NCBI GenBank assembly: GCA_044222185.1
Contig: JBGANV010000012.1
Span: 32,001 to 96,000 of the forward strand
DNA from: Planctomycetota bacterium
GTDB taxonomy: Bacteria; Planctomycetota; GCA-002687715; CAIWVZ01
Reading direction: 5' to 3'
DNA length: 64,000 nt
The notes beneath the pieces are model-generated. The model had not been told where the DNA came from. It saw only the letters and a program-made list of their open reading frames with translations, and did not search any database. The translations under genes and the position numbers were made by a program. Below, piece after piece: positions 48,428-58,625 of the stretch (position 1 is the stretch's first letter; each line of letters opens with the position of its first letter).

Positions 48428-49324
48428 TCATCGCATGCGGATCGGATCGGTGAGCGACACAGCCGGGATTCGAGCCCTGAGAGCGTCGCGCGCAGCGCAA
48501 ACCGATCGAACGTCGTGAACGAGATCCTCGTAGCCGGCGCGTTCTGCCGGCAGGCCCCACCATTCGGCAGCCCACGTCGCAGCGTCCGGCGTGAACAGGT
48601 CCCGCATCGCGCGCTCCATGAGGTCGGGCGATTCCTCTCTCAGGCCGGCGATGAAGGCCGGGAGGAATCCGACCGTCGTGCCCTCGGGGACGAGCCACGA
48701 GCGGCAATCGGCTTGGAGTGTCAGTCGATCCAGTCGTCCGTCAGGCGCAAGCCGGAAGCAGAACGGAACGTAGATGCTCGAAGAGTTGCCGCCGCGAATC
48801 CCATGGGCCTGATGAGCGCCCCAGATCTCGACGTGGTTTTCGACCGTGCGCGTGCGCGGTTCCCAGGAGCTCTCGAATTGCGTTTCGTGATACGACGGGG
48901 ACCGTGTCGGCGAGCCGGCATCGACGGCGATCACCGCGCATCGACTGAACCGCCCGTTCGCGCCACACCCAGCCTCGACCGACAGGACCCAGCCGCGACC
49001 TGGTTGCGCGAGACGGTCGACATGCAGAGCGGGCTGCGATTGCCGAGAGTCCCGGCATCCGAGCAGTCGGCCGCCACCTTCATCTGGATGGACGAACCGG
49101 TCGTCGAGCCTGACCGAATACCGCACGCAGATCCCGGGCCGTCCCTGCGCATAGGTGACGTCGGCCGGCTCGGCACGCAGCACCCAGGTTCCGCCGGTGG
49201 TTTGCAAGCGGTCCGTGACCACGTCGAGAGTCTGGCGTGTTCGATCGGGGTCCGTTCGAGCGGGGGCGCAGAGCCAGGCGCAGACGAACGTGAGGGCGAG
49301 TGCGAGGTAGGCGGATGAAGTCAA
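48428..49324 (-). CDS. Hypothetical secreted protein
   Basis: TTG start, hydrophobic leader AYLALALTFVCAWLCAPA. Fills the gap convergent to the sulfatase. No recognised motif. Confidence 0.6.
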   Translation of the reverse strand: MTSSAYLALALTFVCAWLCAPARTDPDRTRQTLDVVTDRLQTTGGTWVLRAEPADVTYAQGRPGICVRYSVRLDDRFVHPDEGGGRLLGCRDSRQSQPALHVDRLAQPGRGWVLSVEAGCGANGRFSRCAVIAVDAGSPTRSPSYHETQFESSWEPRTRTVENHVEIWGAHQAHGIRGGNSSSIYVPFCFRLAPDGRLDRLTLQADCRSWLVPEGTTVGFLPAFIAGLREESPDLMERAMRDLFTPDAATWAAEWWGLPAERAGYEDLVHDVRSVCAARDALRARIPAVSLTDPIRMR

Positions 49325-50394
49325 CGTGGCCTCGGCTTCGGGAGTATTCGACAGAACGACGCAGGCGGTTCATCTCGCGGGAGGAAGCACGCCCGGACCG
49401 TCGCGCCGATTGTACGACCCTGAATGCGTTGTGAACCGGCGCGCCAGGGGCGCGGGGAAGCGCAGTTCTCTGAAGCGCCTGTCCTCCCGAGTTGGACGAC
49501 GATGATCGGCTGGGCGGACGGCGTCCCAGTTTGCAGCCCGCCACGGCTGCCGGCGCCAGGCACCGCGAGAGCGGCCAGCCGAGGTCGCCGAGGGCAAGGA
49601 CGCAGCGGGCCGCGTCACGTCCGTCCGAGCCGGACGCATTCGCCTCCACTGCGACGTCCTCCGGAACCGAGGTCGTCCCGGTGATGGGCCGGAGCTGAGC
49701 CTCCTCGCCGGCCTCGTCGAGTTCGAGCGTCTCCCCGAGCGCGCGGCGACTCGCGTCTCGCACGGCTCACCAACGACGCCGGAGGCTTCACCTTGCGGTT
49801 CGCCCGGTCCCCTGGCGCTGGGCCGCTTTGGATCCCTCCGGGCCAGCCCTGCCGTCCTGATCCGCGACGCCTCCACGCCCCGGGGCCGAGGTCGGAGGCC
49901 ATCGGGATCGCGGTCGAGACGGTGCGACCCGCTTCCGCAAGTCATGCGAACGGTCGGAGGGCGCCCTGACGTGACGAGCGTCCGCAGCCGCCACCGCGCC
50001 GGGCGCTCAGGCCGCTCGAAGTCTCCGCTCGTCTCGGCTGAAGCCGCCTTCGCGGGTCGCTTCTGGAGATTGATGAGACCGTGTCACTTCCGCGTCAACC
50101 GCGACGCTTTGTGAGTGTGATTCGGAAGGCGGTCGAAGGGAACTCGAGGCCATCCCGCCTCGCCTCTCTGCCGCTGGAGTGATCCACAATTCCTGTTCCT
50201 GCCGTTTGCGCGGATCTGCGCTGCGGCCCCATTCCGGCGTGCGTCGTCGTCAGCTGTCGTCCACTGGCGGCGTTGCAAGTCGCCTGCCAGACTCCGCGCG
50301 CGAAAACGTGCGACTCGATCGCCCGTGCGCGCCTTCGTCTTTGCCGTCGAAGTTCCGTTCGTTCTGAACCCCCACCGTTGAGTTGGAGTCATCG

Positions 50395-53300
50395 ATGACC
50401 GCTCGATCCGTTCGTGGCGTTCTGCAATCCCCCGGGTCCGCCTGGTCGAGGCCGATCGCCGGTCTCGTACTGGCGGTCTTGCTGACGTCGGCCTCGGCCC
50501 TCGGCCAGGCCACATGGACCGGCACGGTCTCGACGAACTGGGACACGGCCGGTAACTGGTCCACGAATGCCATCCCGTCGTCCACGACGGACGTCACGAT
50601 CAACCAGCTCGCCGGACCCACTCCCAACTACCCGTCGACGCTGAATGCGGCGACCCCGACTTGCCGCAACCTCACGGTGAACGCGGGGGCGACGCTCACG
50701 ATCACGCTCCTCCACGACGTCCGCGCCGATGGATCGGTGACCAACTCCGGCACGATCAGCGGCGTCGGTGGCATCCTCATGACGGGGACGCTGGCGGCGA
50801 CGCTTGGTGCCGGCAACTACGGCTCGGTGACCATCCAAAAAACCGGCGCGGCGAGCGTCACGACGAGCGGTGTCGTCAACGTCGCGACGGCCATGGTCGT
50901 CACGTCGGGGACGTTGAACGTGAACTCCACGCTGCACGTGCTGTCGAGCGGCGTCGCCACGTTCTCCGGCGGAACCGTGAGCGGAAACTCGGCAGGTCTC
51001 CTCGACTGCGACGGCAACGTCGCGTGGAGTGGCGCCACGTGCACCACGCCCCCATCGGCCATCTCGTGCGCGGGGAACTGGACCGCCGACGTGAACTTCA
51101 ACCCGGGCTCCGGCACGGTGACGTTCGACGGCGCGGGCGCGGCGCAGACGATTTCCGCGAGCGGTGCGAACGCACGCTTCTCTGCCCTGACGATCGGCAC
51201 GGTCTCCGTGACGAACGTGGGATTCAGCTCACCGGTCCTGGTTGCGGGCACGCTCTCGATTCAGGGGACCTTCTCGGCGTCGGGCGCTGGAACCCTCGAT
51301 TGCAACGGAACTGCGACCGTGCTGAACGGCGGAGCGTTCAATACGGGTGCGGCAAGCCACACCTTCGCGAGCAGCCTGACGGTATCCGGCACGATCGGCG
51401 GAACGGGCACGTTCGTCTTCGATGGGACGTCCAATGCGTCCGTCGTCGGCGCCGTGAACCCGGCGTCGGCGCTCAAGAACGTGACGTGCGCCAAGTCGAC
51501 GACGTCGATCCTGACGTTCACGAGCCCCCTCACGATGAACGGCCAGTTCACCGTGACATCCGGGCAGGTGGCCTTCGGCAACGTCACCGTCAACGGCAAC
51601 GCGGCCTTCAACGGCGGTTCCGTTTCCGGCGGCACGCTCACGGTGAACGGCAACGTGAACTTCGCGGGAACGGCGGCGACGAGCACGCTCTCGATCGACT
51701 GCAACGGGAACTGGACGTCCGACTCCGGGTTTGCTCCCACCGGGGGCACCGTGTCGTTCATCGGCGGCGGCACGAAGACGGTGACGGGCACCAACGTGGC
51801 CTTCGCGAACTTGAACATCACCGGCGGAACCACGGTGAACGTGAACGTCCCGATCGCCGTCCAGGTCTCGCTGACGAGCCAGGGGACCGTCAACGCCAAC
51901 GCGGTCTTCGACGTGAACGGATCGGCGAACTTCTCCGCTGGCACGTTCAACGCAGGCAACTTCACGCACACGTTCGCCACGTCGCTGACGATTGCGAACA
52001 CGACTCTGAATGCGACGGGCACGTTCCAGTTCGACGGCTTCTCGACGGGGAGCGTGAGCTCGACGGCGAACCTGCCGAACGTCGTCGTCGTGAAGAACGG
52101 CGGCGCGGGCTTCAGCATGACCGGTACGACGGTGATCGACGGCGTGCTGACGCTGAACTCGGGCGTCCTCACGGGCCAGACCGTGAACGTCATCAACAAC
52201 CACGATGCGATCTTCGCAGGCGGCATCTACGACGGTTCGAACCAGATGAGCGTCAGCGGGAACGTGAACTTCTCTGGCTCGCTGTGCAACCAGGTAGGAA
52301 GCCTGGTCGTCACGGGGAACTGGACGGCGAATGCGTTCTTCGCGCCCGTGTCCGGCCTGGTGACGTTCACGGGCAGCCCGCGCCAGATCTCGGGCACGGC
52401 GGCCAAGTTCAACGACCTCGTGATCAATGCCGGCGCGACGGTCTCCACCTTCCTTCCGGTGTTCGTCGGCGGGACGTTGACCGTGGCCGGGTTCTTCCAG
52501 GTCAACAACGCTCTCGATTCGAACGGCAACGTCACGGTGACGACGTCCGGGAACCTCCAACTCGGCAGTGCGACCCACAGCATGGGTGCGAGCCTCGCCG
52601 TCAACGGACAGATGAGCTCGACGGGACCGTTCGTCTTCGACTCCGCCTCCGCCGGCACCGTTGCAGGGTCGGCGTCCCAGACCCTCCAGCTCCCCTCGGT
52701 CACCGTGGCGAAGTTCCCCGGCGTCTCCCTCACGCTGAACGGGAACCTGGCGATCAACGGCTCTCTGGCGCTGACGTCGGGCGTCCTCATCGTGGCTGGA
52801 ACGAACTCGGTCTCGGGAACGGCGACGTTCACGGCCGGGCAGCTCATCGATGCGAATCCGGTGTTCGGGTCGGTCGGCACGCTGAACGTGGCGAGTCACG
52901 TCGTCTTCAATGGTGCCTTGTCCAACACACCGCCGAACATCACGTGCGGGGGTGACTTGACGGTTCACCCGTCTTTCAGCCCGAACATCGGCACGGTGAC
53001 GATGAACAGCGTCGTCCCGCGCCAGATCGTCGGCAGCACGGCGCGGTTCAAGAACCTGACCATCGCGAGCACCTCGACGATCACGACGGCGCTGGACGTC
53101 CTCGTGCGCGCTGATCTAACGGTCGCCGGCGGTTTGACGATCGCAGGAGCGCTGACCGTCGACGGAAACTGCAACGTCACCGGAGGGTTGTTCCCCGGCG
53201 CCGCCGTGCACCGTTTCCGCACGAGCTTCATCGTCGCCGCGCCGGGAGGCATCCTGAACGCGAGTCCCGGCGCGTCGTTCATCCTCGAAGGACCGAACAC

Positions 53301-56300
53301 GGCCACCTTCCGGGTGAACTCCGTGTGGACGTCGCCCCCCGTCGCCATTGCGAAGTCCACGAACGCGAGTGTCTCCATCGACGCGGCGACGAACGTGAAC
53401 GGCGGATTCACGCTCACGAGCGGGAACCTCACGGTGAGCCAGCCGGTCACGGTGACGGGAAACTCCGCGTTCCACGGCGGGACGGCTTCTTTCACGGCGT
53501 TGTTCGCATCGGGCGGAGTCACGTTCGATGGGTGCTTCTGCACCGGTACGGCCAACGTGCAATGCTCCGGCGATTGGAATGCGAACCTCGGGTTCAATCC
53601 TGCCGCTGGCACCGTCACGTTCGCCGGCACGGGGACTCGGACGGTGACGGGGTCGGCTCTCTTCTTCCAGAACGTCGTCATCCAGGGAGGAACGAGCATC
53701 ACCACGAATCAGGATCTCCACATCCGTGGCGACCTGAGCGTGGGAGGATTCTCGCAGCTCACGACGACGGCCGTGCTCGATCTCGACGGCGACCTGACTG
53801 CGGCTGCCCTGTCGACGCTCGCGCTGGGCAACCAGACGCACACGTTCGGCGGAAGCTTCACGACGATCGGCTTCGTCAGCGCTCCGGGCGGTACGTTCGT
53901 GTTCGATGGAACGAACAACAGCTCGAGCCCGATCCCGCTGATCTCCTCGACGCTGTCGTCGTTCCCGAACGTGATCATCACGAAGGTGGGGTCGATCGTC
54001 CTCAACCCGGTGGCGACGCCGCAGGCGCCGCTCGTGATCAGTGGAACGCTCACGGTGCAGCAGGGCATCGTCTCGATCGCGGCGTTGGTGTCCGTCAGCT
54101 CGAACGCGCTGTTCAACGGAGGACTCTTGACCGGAAACGGCACGCTCGACGTCGCTGGCAACGTGGTGTTCGACGGGACGAGCGTCTCGAACAGCCCGAA
54201 CATCAACTGCGCGGGCAACTGGACGGCGCACCCGAACTTCACGGGCACGTCCGGCGTCGTGACGTTCACGGGCGCGGCGCTGCAGACGATCATCGGATCG
54301 TCGGCGGCGTTCGGAAGCGTCGTCCTCGCCCCAGGTGCGTCCGTGAGCACGAACCTGGACCTCACGGTTGGGGGGAGCTTCGCGCTGTCCGGCGGCGCGA
54401 GCCCGGCAACGCCCACGAGCTTCACGACTACCGCGAGCGTGAACATCCGCGGTGCCGTGACCGTGGCCACCAACGCCAATTTCGCCCTGGGATCGTCGAC
54501 GCTCCATCGCTTCGGTGGTGCGTTCGCGAACTCGGGCAACATGACGGCGTCGGGACGCTTCACGTTCGATGGGACCGGTACCGTGACGTCCACGTCGCAG
54601 CTTCCCGAGACGGTCGTGGCTGGCACGAGCGTCACACTCTCGGCGCTGCCGCTGACGGCCCTGAACGTGAACGGACCGCTGTCACTGACGGCTGGGTTCC
54701 TCACCGTCGCTGGGACGCTCGGCGTGACCTCGGCCGGCAATGCCGTGCTGACCGGCGGTGAGATCCAGGGAACGAACAGCCTCCTCACCGTCAACGGCGA
54801 CGTACTCGTGAACGGGACGATCGCTCAAACGCCACCGCGCATCATTTGTCGCGGGAACTGGAGCTCGAGTCCCACGTTCGACCCGGCCGTGGGAACGGTC
54901 GAACTCCGCGGCACGGTCCTCACGACGGTGTCGTCGACGGTTCCGGCGCTCCCCGTGAATTTCCACGATCTGGAGATCCACGAAGGGCTGCGGCGCTTCA
55001 CGACCCCGGTGCAGGCGACGGGGGCGACGATCCTCCTGCAGAGCAACGCCGCGCTGAACATCGCATCTGGCGGCAGTCTCAAGTGTTTCGGGGTGACGTT
55101 CACTGCGAACGGCAACCTTCAGATCGACGGTGGCGGCCAGCTCCAGCTCGACGGCGCGTCGTCCGTCTCGGTGAACCCGAGCGGTGCGTTGCGCCTGCTC
55201 GGCAGTGCGAGCGCGCTCGCGTCCATCGACGGCATCGGCGGCGGCGGTTACTCGTTCACCGTGAGCGGTCTGCTCGAAGCCCAGCACTTCATCATCCGTC
55301 GCCCCGGTGCGAACGGATTCGTGATCACCGCGAATGCGTTGATCGGCACGACGCCGCTGGATTTCCGCAACGGCACCTTCGATTTCCCGAAGAACACCAT
55401 CGGCGCCACGTTGCTGACGGTGACGCGCAACAACCCGACGACGTTCGCGAGCCTGACGTTCCAGAACTCGAACAACTCCGTGGGCACGTTCAACGTCACG
55501 GACACGACGGGTTCGTTCGTCACGATGCAGAACGCGACGGGCGCATTCTCCGGGCCGGCGTTCGAAAGCGACCCGAACAATCTGGTGAGCTGGACGTCGA
55601 GCACGCTCACGACTCTCGCGAGCTTCACCGCGACGCCGGGTCCGAACCAGGTCACCGTGTCGTGGACGACGATCGTCGAGAGCGGCGTCACGAGTTACGC
55701 GCTCGAGCGCGCGACGAGCATCGGCGGGCCGTTCGTCCTCAGTGTGAACCTGCCGACGACCGGCGTCGGTCACACCTACACGCGAGTCGAGCCCGCGCTG
55801 CTGCCCGGTCAGCAGTACTTCTGGCGGTTGAATGAAGTCATCGGGGTCACGCCCACGGTTCTGGGGACGATCTCGGCGACGCCGTTCAGCGCGGCGCCTC
55901 CGGCCAACCTGCTCACGGTGAGTTCTGGCGGCCCGTTCACGACGATCCAGGCCGCGGTCACGGCAGCGACGCTGCCGAACACCGTCATCCGGGTGTCGCC
56001 GGGAACCTATCCGTCGTTCACGGTGAACAACCCCCCGGTCGGGTTGCTCAAGATCGTCGGCAACGGCGGCATCGTGAACATCGGGACGGCCGCGGGCCCC
56101 GTGACGATCTCGAACGTCGGCGTCAACAGCCAGGTCGAACTGAGTGACTTCGCCATCGATCCGCTCGGTGGGTCGGTGAACACGGGGTTGCTCGTTTCGA
56201 ACTGCGCGGGAGTCGTCGTTCTCGACGAGATGTCGGTGCAGGGCGCGGCCGGTCAGCCGGGCGTGCGCGTCACCGGCTCGCCCAAGGTTGCGATCCAACG

Positions 56301-56829
56301 ATCGCAGTTGAACGGCACCCAGGGGCTGCGACTCGAGGCGAACTCGATCGTCTACGCGAGCCGCGGTGGCACGAACTCCATCACGGTGACGGGCAACTCG
56401 ACGCTCACGAGCTGCCAGTTCACGTCGGTGAACGCGCCGACGATCGTGGCGGGGTCGACGCACAACGCCGTTCCAGGCTTGATGCCCGACCTGCAGATGC
56501 CGGAGCTCAGCTCGATCGGCTCGCAGGTCACGGCAAACGTGCAGTCGTTCGGGAGCTCGCTCTGGTTGCTCGCGCTGCAGACGCAGTTCGACTACCTGCG
56601 GCTCGAGCCCGCGGTCGACATGGTCGTCATGATCAACCCGTTCTCGCCCACGTTCACGGTGATGACCTCGGCCGTCTCCGACCTCGCCGGCAACGGCAGC
56701 TTCACGTTCTTCGTGACGCAGGACGGGAGCCTGCTCGGGGCATCGTTCGTGTTCCAGGTCGCTGCGTTCAACATCGCGGGCGGAGCGCCTCGCGTGTCGA
56801 ACGCCGTCTCGGTCACGCTGACGCCGTGA
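50395..56829 (+). CDS. Giant (2144 aa) secreted beta-helical repeat adhesin-like protein with an FN3-like domain and putative C-terminal sorting module
   Basis: RBS GGAG and signal peptide ...SASALG-Q. N-terminal WTGTVSTNWDTAGNWS. Seven units of about 210 aa marked by C-x-G-[ND]-W. FN3-like VTVSWTT...YALERA, then GPFTTIQAAV. Terminal LLGASFVFQV...VSNAVSVTLTP. Confidence 0.93.
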   Translation: MTARSVRGVLQSPGSAWSRPIAGLVLAVLLTSASALGQATWTGTVSTNWDTAGNWSTNAIPSSTTDVTINQLAGPTPNYPSTLNAATPTCRNLTVNAGATLTITLLHDVRADGSVTNSGTISGVGGILMTGTLAATLGAGNYGSVTIQKTGAASVTTSGVVNVATAMVVTSGTLNVNSTLHVLSSGVATFSGGTVSGNSAGLLDCDGNVAWSGATCTTPPSAISCAGNWTADVNFNPGSGTVTFDGAGAAQTISASGANARFSALTIGTVSVTNVGFSSPVLVAGTLSIQGTFSASGAGTLDCNGTATVLNGGAFNTGAASHTFASSLTVSGTIGGTGTFVFDGTSNASVVGAVNPASALKNVTCAKSTTSILTFTSPLTMNGQFTVTSGQVAFGNVTVNGNAAFNGGSVSGGTLTVNGNVNFAGTAATSTLSIDCNGNWTSDSGFAPTGGTVSFIGGGTKTVTGTNVAFANLNITGGTTVNVNVPIAVQVSLTSQGTVNANAVFDVNGSANFSAGTFNAGNFTHTFATSLTIANTTLNATGTFQFDGFSTGSVSSTANLPNVVVVKNGGAGFSMTGTTVIDGVLTLNSGVLTGQTVNVINNHDAIFAGGIYDGSNQMSVSGNVNFSGSLCNQVGSLVVTGNWTANAFFAPVSGLVTFTGSPRQISGTAAKFNDLVINAGATVSTFLPVFVGGTLTVAGFFQVNNALDSNGNVTVTTSGNLQLGSATHSMGASLAVNGQMSSTGPFVFDSASAGTVAGSASQTLQLPSVTVAKFPGVSLTLNGNLAINGSLALTSGVLIVAGTNSVSGTATFTAGQLIDANPVFGSVGTLNVASHVVFNGALSNTPPNITCGGDLTVHPSFSPNIGTVTMNSVVPRQIVGSTARFKNLTIASTSTITTALDVLVRADLTVAGGLTIAGALTVDGNCNVTGGLFPGAAVHRFRTSFIVAAPGGILNASPGASFILEGPNTATFRVNSVWTSPPVAIAKSTNASVSIDAATNVNGGFTLTSGNLTVSQPVTVTGNSAFHGGTASFTALFASGGVTFDGCFCTGTANVQCSGDWNANLGFNPAAGTVTFAGTGTRTVTGSALFFQNVVIQGGTSITTNQDLHIRGDLSVGGFSQLTTTAVLDLDGDLTAAALSTLALGNQTHTFGGSFTTIGFVSAPGGTFVFDGTNNSSSPIPLISSTLSSFPNVIITKVGSIVLNPVATPQAPLVISGTLTVQQGIVSIAALVSVSSNALFNGGLLTGNGTLDVAGNVVFDGTSVSNSPNINCAGNWTAHPNFTGTSGVVTFTGAALQTIIGSSAAFGSVVLAPGASVSTNLDLTVGGSFALSGGASPATPTSFTTTASVNIRGAVTVATNANFALGSSTLHRFGGAFANSGNMTASGRFTFDGTGTVTSTSQLPETVVAGTSVTLSALPLTALNVNGPLSLTAGFLTVAGTLGVTSAGNAVLTGGEIQGTNSLLTVNGDVLVNGTIAQTPPRIICRGNWSSSPTFDPAVGTVELRGTVLTTVSSTVPALPVNFHDLEIHEGLRRFTTPVQATGATILLQSNAALNIASGGSLKCFGVTFTANGNLQIDGGGQLQLDGASSVSVNPSGALRLLGSASALASIDGIGGGGYSFTVSGLLEAQHFIIRRPGANGFVITANALIGTTPLDFRNGTFDFPKNTIGATLLTVTRNNPTTFASLTFQNSNNSVGTFNVTDTTGSFVTMQNATGAFSGPAFESDPNNLVSWTSSTLTTLASFTATPGPNQVTVSWTTIVESGVTSYALERATSIGGPFVLSVNLPTTGVGHTYTRVEPALLPGQQYFWRLNEVIGVTPTVLGTISATPFSAAPPANLLTVSSGGPFTTIQAAVTAATLPNTVIRVSPGTYPSFTVNNPPVGLLKIVGNGGIVNIGTAAGPVTISNVGVNSQVELSDFAIDPLGGSVNTGLLVSNCAGVVVLDEMSVQGAAGQPGVRVTGSPKVAIQRSQLNGTQGLRLEANSIVYASRGGTNSITVTGNSTLTSCQFTSVNAPTIVAGSTHNAVPGLMPDLQMPELSSIGSQVTANVQSFGSSLWLLALQTQFDYLRLEPAVDMVVMINPFSPTFTVMTSAVSDLAGNGSFTFFVTQDGSLLGASFVFQVAAFNIAGGAPRVSNAVSVTLTP

Positions 56830-56920
56830 AATCGCACCGGCGCGCCGAGGGGAATGTCGGCGCGCCGGGTGCGGACGATGCTGCGGTCGCAGGTCAGGGG
56901 GGCCTGCGACCGCGGCCTCG

Positions 56921-58249
56921 TCACGGAGTGTTCAGGTTCCAGACCATGTCGGAGGCCGACACGCAGCCGTAGCCGGGCACGAGGCTCGGGTTCACGAGCG
57001 GGAGCTGGTTCTGGAGATCGATGAAGGCGGTCGACGGGCTCGCGATCGTTCCGCAGCCGGGAGTGCCCGAGAATGGCACGCCGAAGACGGCCGAGATCCC
57101 GGCGCCGACGGCCACGTGGATCGGCCACTGCGCGGCCGAGCACGGGTCGGTGTAACTGATCACGCTGAAGTAGCTCGTGAGGTGGCCGGACCACGGGTAC
57201 CGCGTCAGGCCGCCCCACGTTCCGATGTTGTGCGCGATCATTCCGGTCGCGGCGACGGGCGTTCCGGCGATCGGCACGGAGTTGAACGGCCACGAGACCG
57301 CCGGTGGGCAGCAGACGCCGCCGGTGAGGGTCTGGTTCTCGTAGCAGACCTGACCGGCGCAGGTCGTCGCTCCCGTGGTGCAGATGTTCGTTCCGACGGC
57401 GCACAGGCACCCGGCGTTCGACGTCGTCGTCAACGAGCTGCCGAACGTGTTCACCTTGCCTTCCGTGCTGCACGCATAGAAGAACGCGGGGATCAGGCGA
57501 AGCATCGAGGGTCGCACGGCGTCGCCGATCAGCGGGCCCTGTGGCGCCAGGCCGATGCCGAAGTTGAACGGGGCCGGGCCAACGAGGTGGTAGCTCGTGC
57601 CGTTGTGGGCGACGTTCCCCGACAGGGGGACGCACGACCACGGCGCATGGCAGATGCAGCCCTGGTTGTGGTTCAGGCTGATGACTGCGTTGAACGGGTT
57701 GGTGGAACTCGTCGGGTCGCAGGCGTAGTCGATGTGGCCGTCGAAGTGGACGGGGAGGGGCGGCGTCGCGTACGCGCATGCCGGCAGGTTCGACGCGCAC
57801 GGCCCGGCAGTCCCGAGCGGCGTGCATTGGAGGTCACCATTGACGAGGAATCGCCACACCTGGCCGGCGAGGCCCGATGGCGCGACGTCGAGCCACGTGC
57901 GGGCGTACTTCGCAAAGAGGTTCCCCGTGATCGTGTGGCCGCCGGTCGACGCGCTGCTCGGCAGGAACGTGGCGCTCACGGGAATGATGGCGAAGTCGCA
58001 CAGCACCATGATCGGCGGGCTGATCTGCACGTTGACGAGGTTTTGGGCAGAGACGGTGCATCCGGTGAACCGCGCGTAGTTCGCCGTCATCGTCACGGCC
58101 GGGAACGGTGGGATGTTGGTTGTGGGGATCCCGCAGCATCCGGTGTCGAATCCGTCATCGCCGATCGCGCAGCCCTGGGCGTGGACCGAGGGCGCGATCG
58201 CCATGAAAGCCGCAACCGCGGCCGCGAGTGTCAAGTTCGATCGGGACAT
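56921..58249 (-). CDS. Secreted Cys-rich hypothetical protein (442 aa, 23 Cys)
   Basis: RBS GGAAGGA and signal peptide ...APSVHA-Q. CC and CxC pairs plus a His cluster. Strong codon bias. Confidence 0.88.
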   Translation of the reverse strand: MSRSNLTLAAAVAAFMAIAPSVHAQGCAIGDDGFDTGCCGIPTTNIPPFPAVTMTANYARFTGCTVSAQNLVNVQISPPIMVLCDFAIIPVSATFLPSSASTGGHTITGNLFAKYARTWLDVAPSGLAGQVWRFLVNGDLQCTPLGTAGPCASNLPACAYATPPLPVHFDGHIDYACDPTSSTNPFNAVISLNHNQGCICHAPWSCVPLSGNVAHNGTSYHLVGPAPFNFGIGLAPQGPLIGDAVRPSMLRLIPAFFYACSTEGKVNTFGSSLTTTSNAGCLCAVGTNICTTGATTCAGQVCYENQTLTGGVCCPPAVSWPFNSVPIAGTPVAATGMIAHNIGTWGGLTRYPWSGHLTSYFSVISYTDPCSAAQWPIHVAVGAGISAVFGVPFSGTPGCGTIASPSTAFIDLQNQLPLVNPSLVPGYGCVSASDMVWNLNTP

Positions 58250-58378
58250 GGTCGTTCCTTCCGGACGGCGGCTTCGGGCCGGTGTGGCGTGGCCCGGGGG
58301 GATGTCCGGTCGCCCGTCGTCCGTGGGTGAATGACGGGCGGGGCGGGAATTTGGACAAGAAGCGCGCCGGGAATTTCC

Positions 58379-58618
58379 GCGGGGTCGAACCCCCGCCGGT
58401 CCAGCCGCGCTGGATCGCGGCATTCGACGAATCTGAAAACGGCGGGAGCGCCAGGCTCCAGCCTGGCCGGCTGGGCACGCACCAGCGTGCCCGGGCCCCG
58501 CCACAGCCGTTCGAGTGCACGAGGCCGCGCGTCCCGGAGTCATCGCCGGTCGCGGCCCGTCGGGAACCCCGGCGGGGTCGAACCCCCGCCGGGTCAGCCG
58601 CGCTGGCGCGCGGCGTTC
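58379..58618 (+). repeat. Diverged REP-like element (period about 193 bp)
   Basis: GCGGGGTCGAACCCCCGCCGG..CAGCCGCGCTGG..CGCGGC at 58379 and 58572. Central forward REP GGGAGCGCCAGGCTCCAGCCTGGCCGG at 58444. Confidence 0.8.
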
Positions 58619-58625
58619 AGAAGCC

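Noticed and set aside
50395-56829. Giant protein as a classical autotransporter or TpsA
   Set aside because: No C-terminal beta-barrel of about 300 aa ending in an aromatic residue, no TPS NPNG motif, and no TpsB gene nearby.
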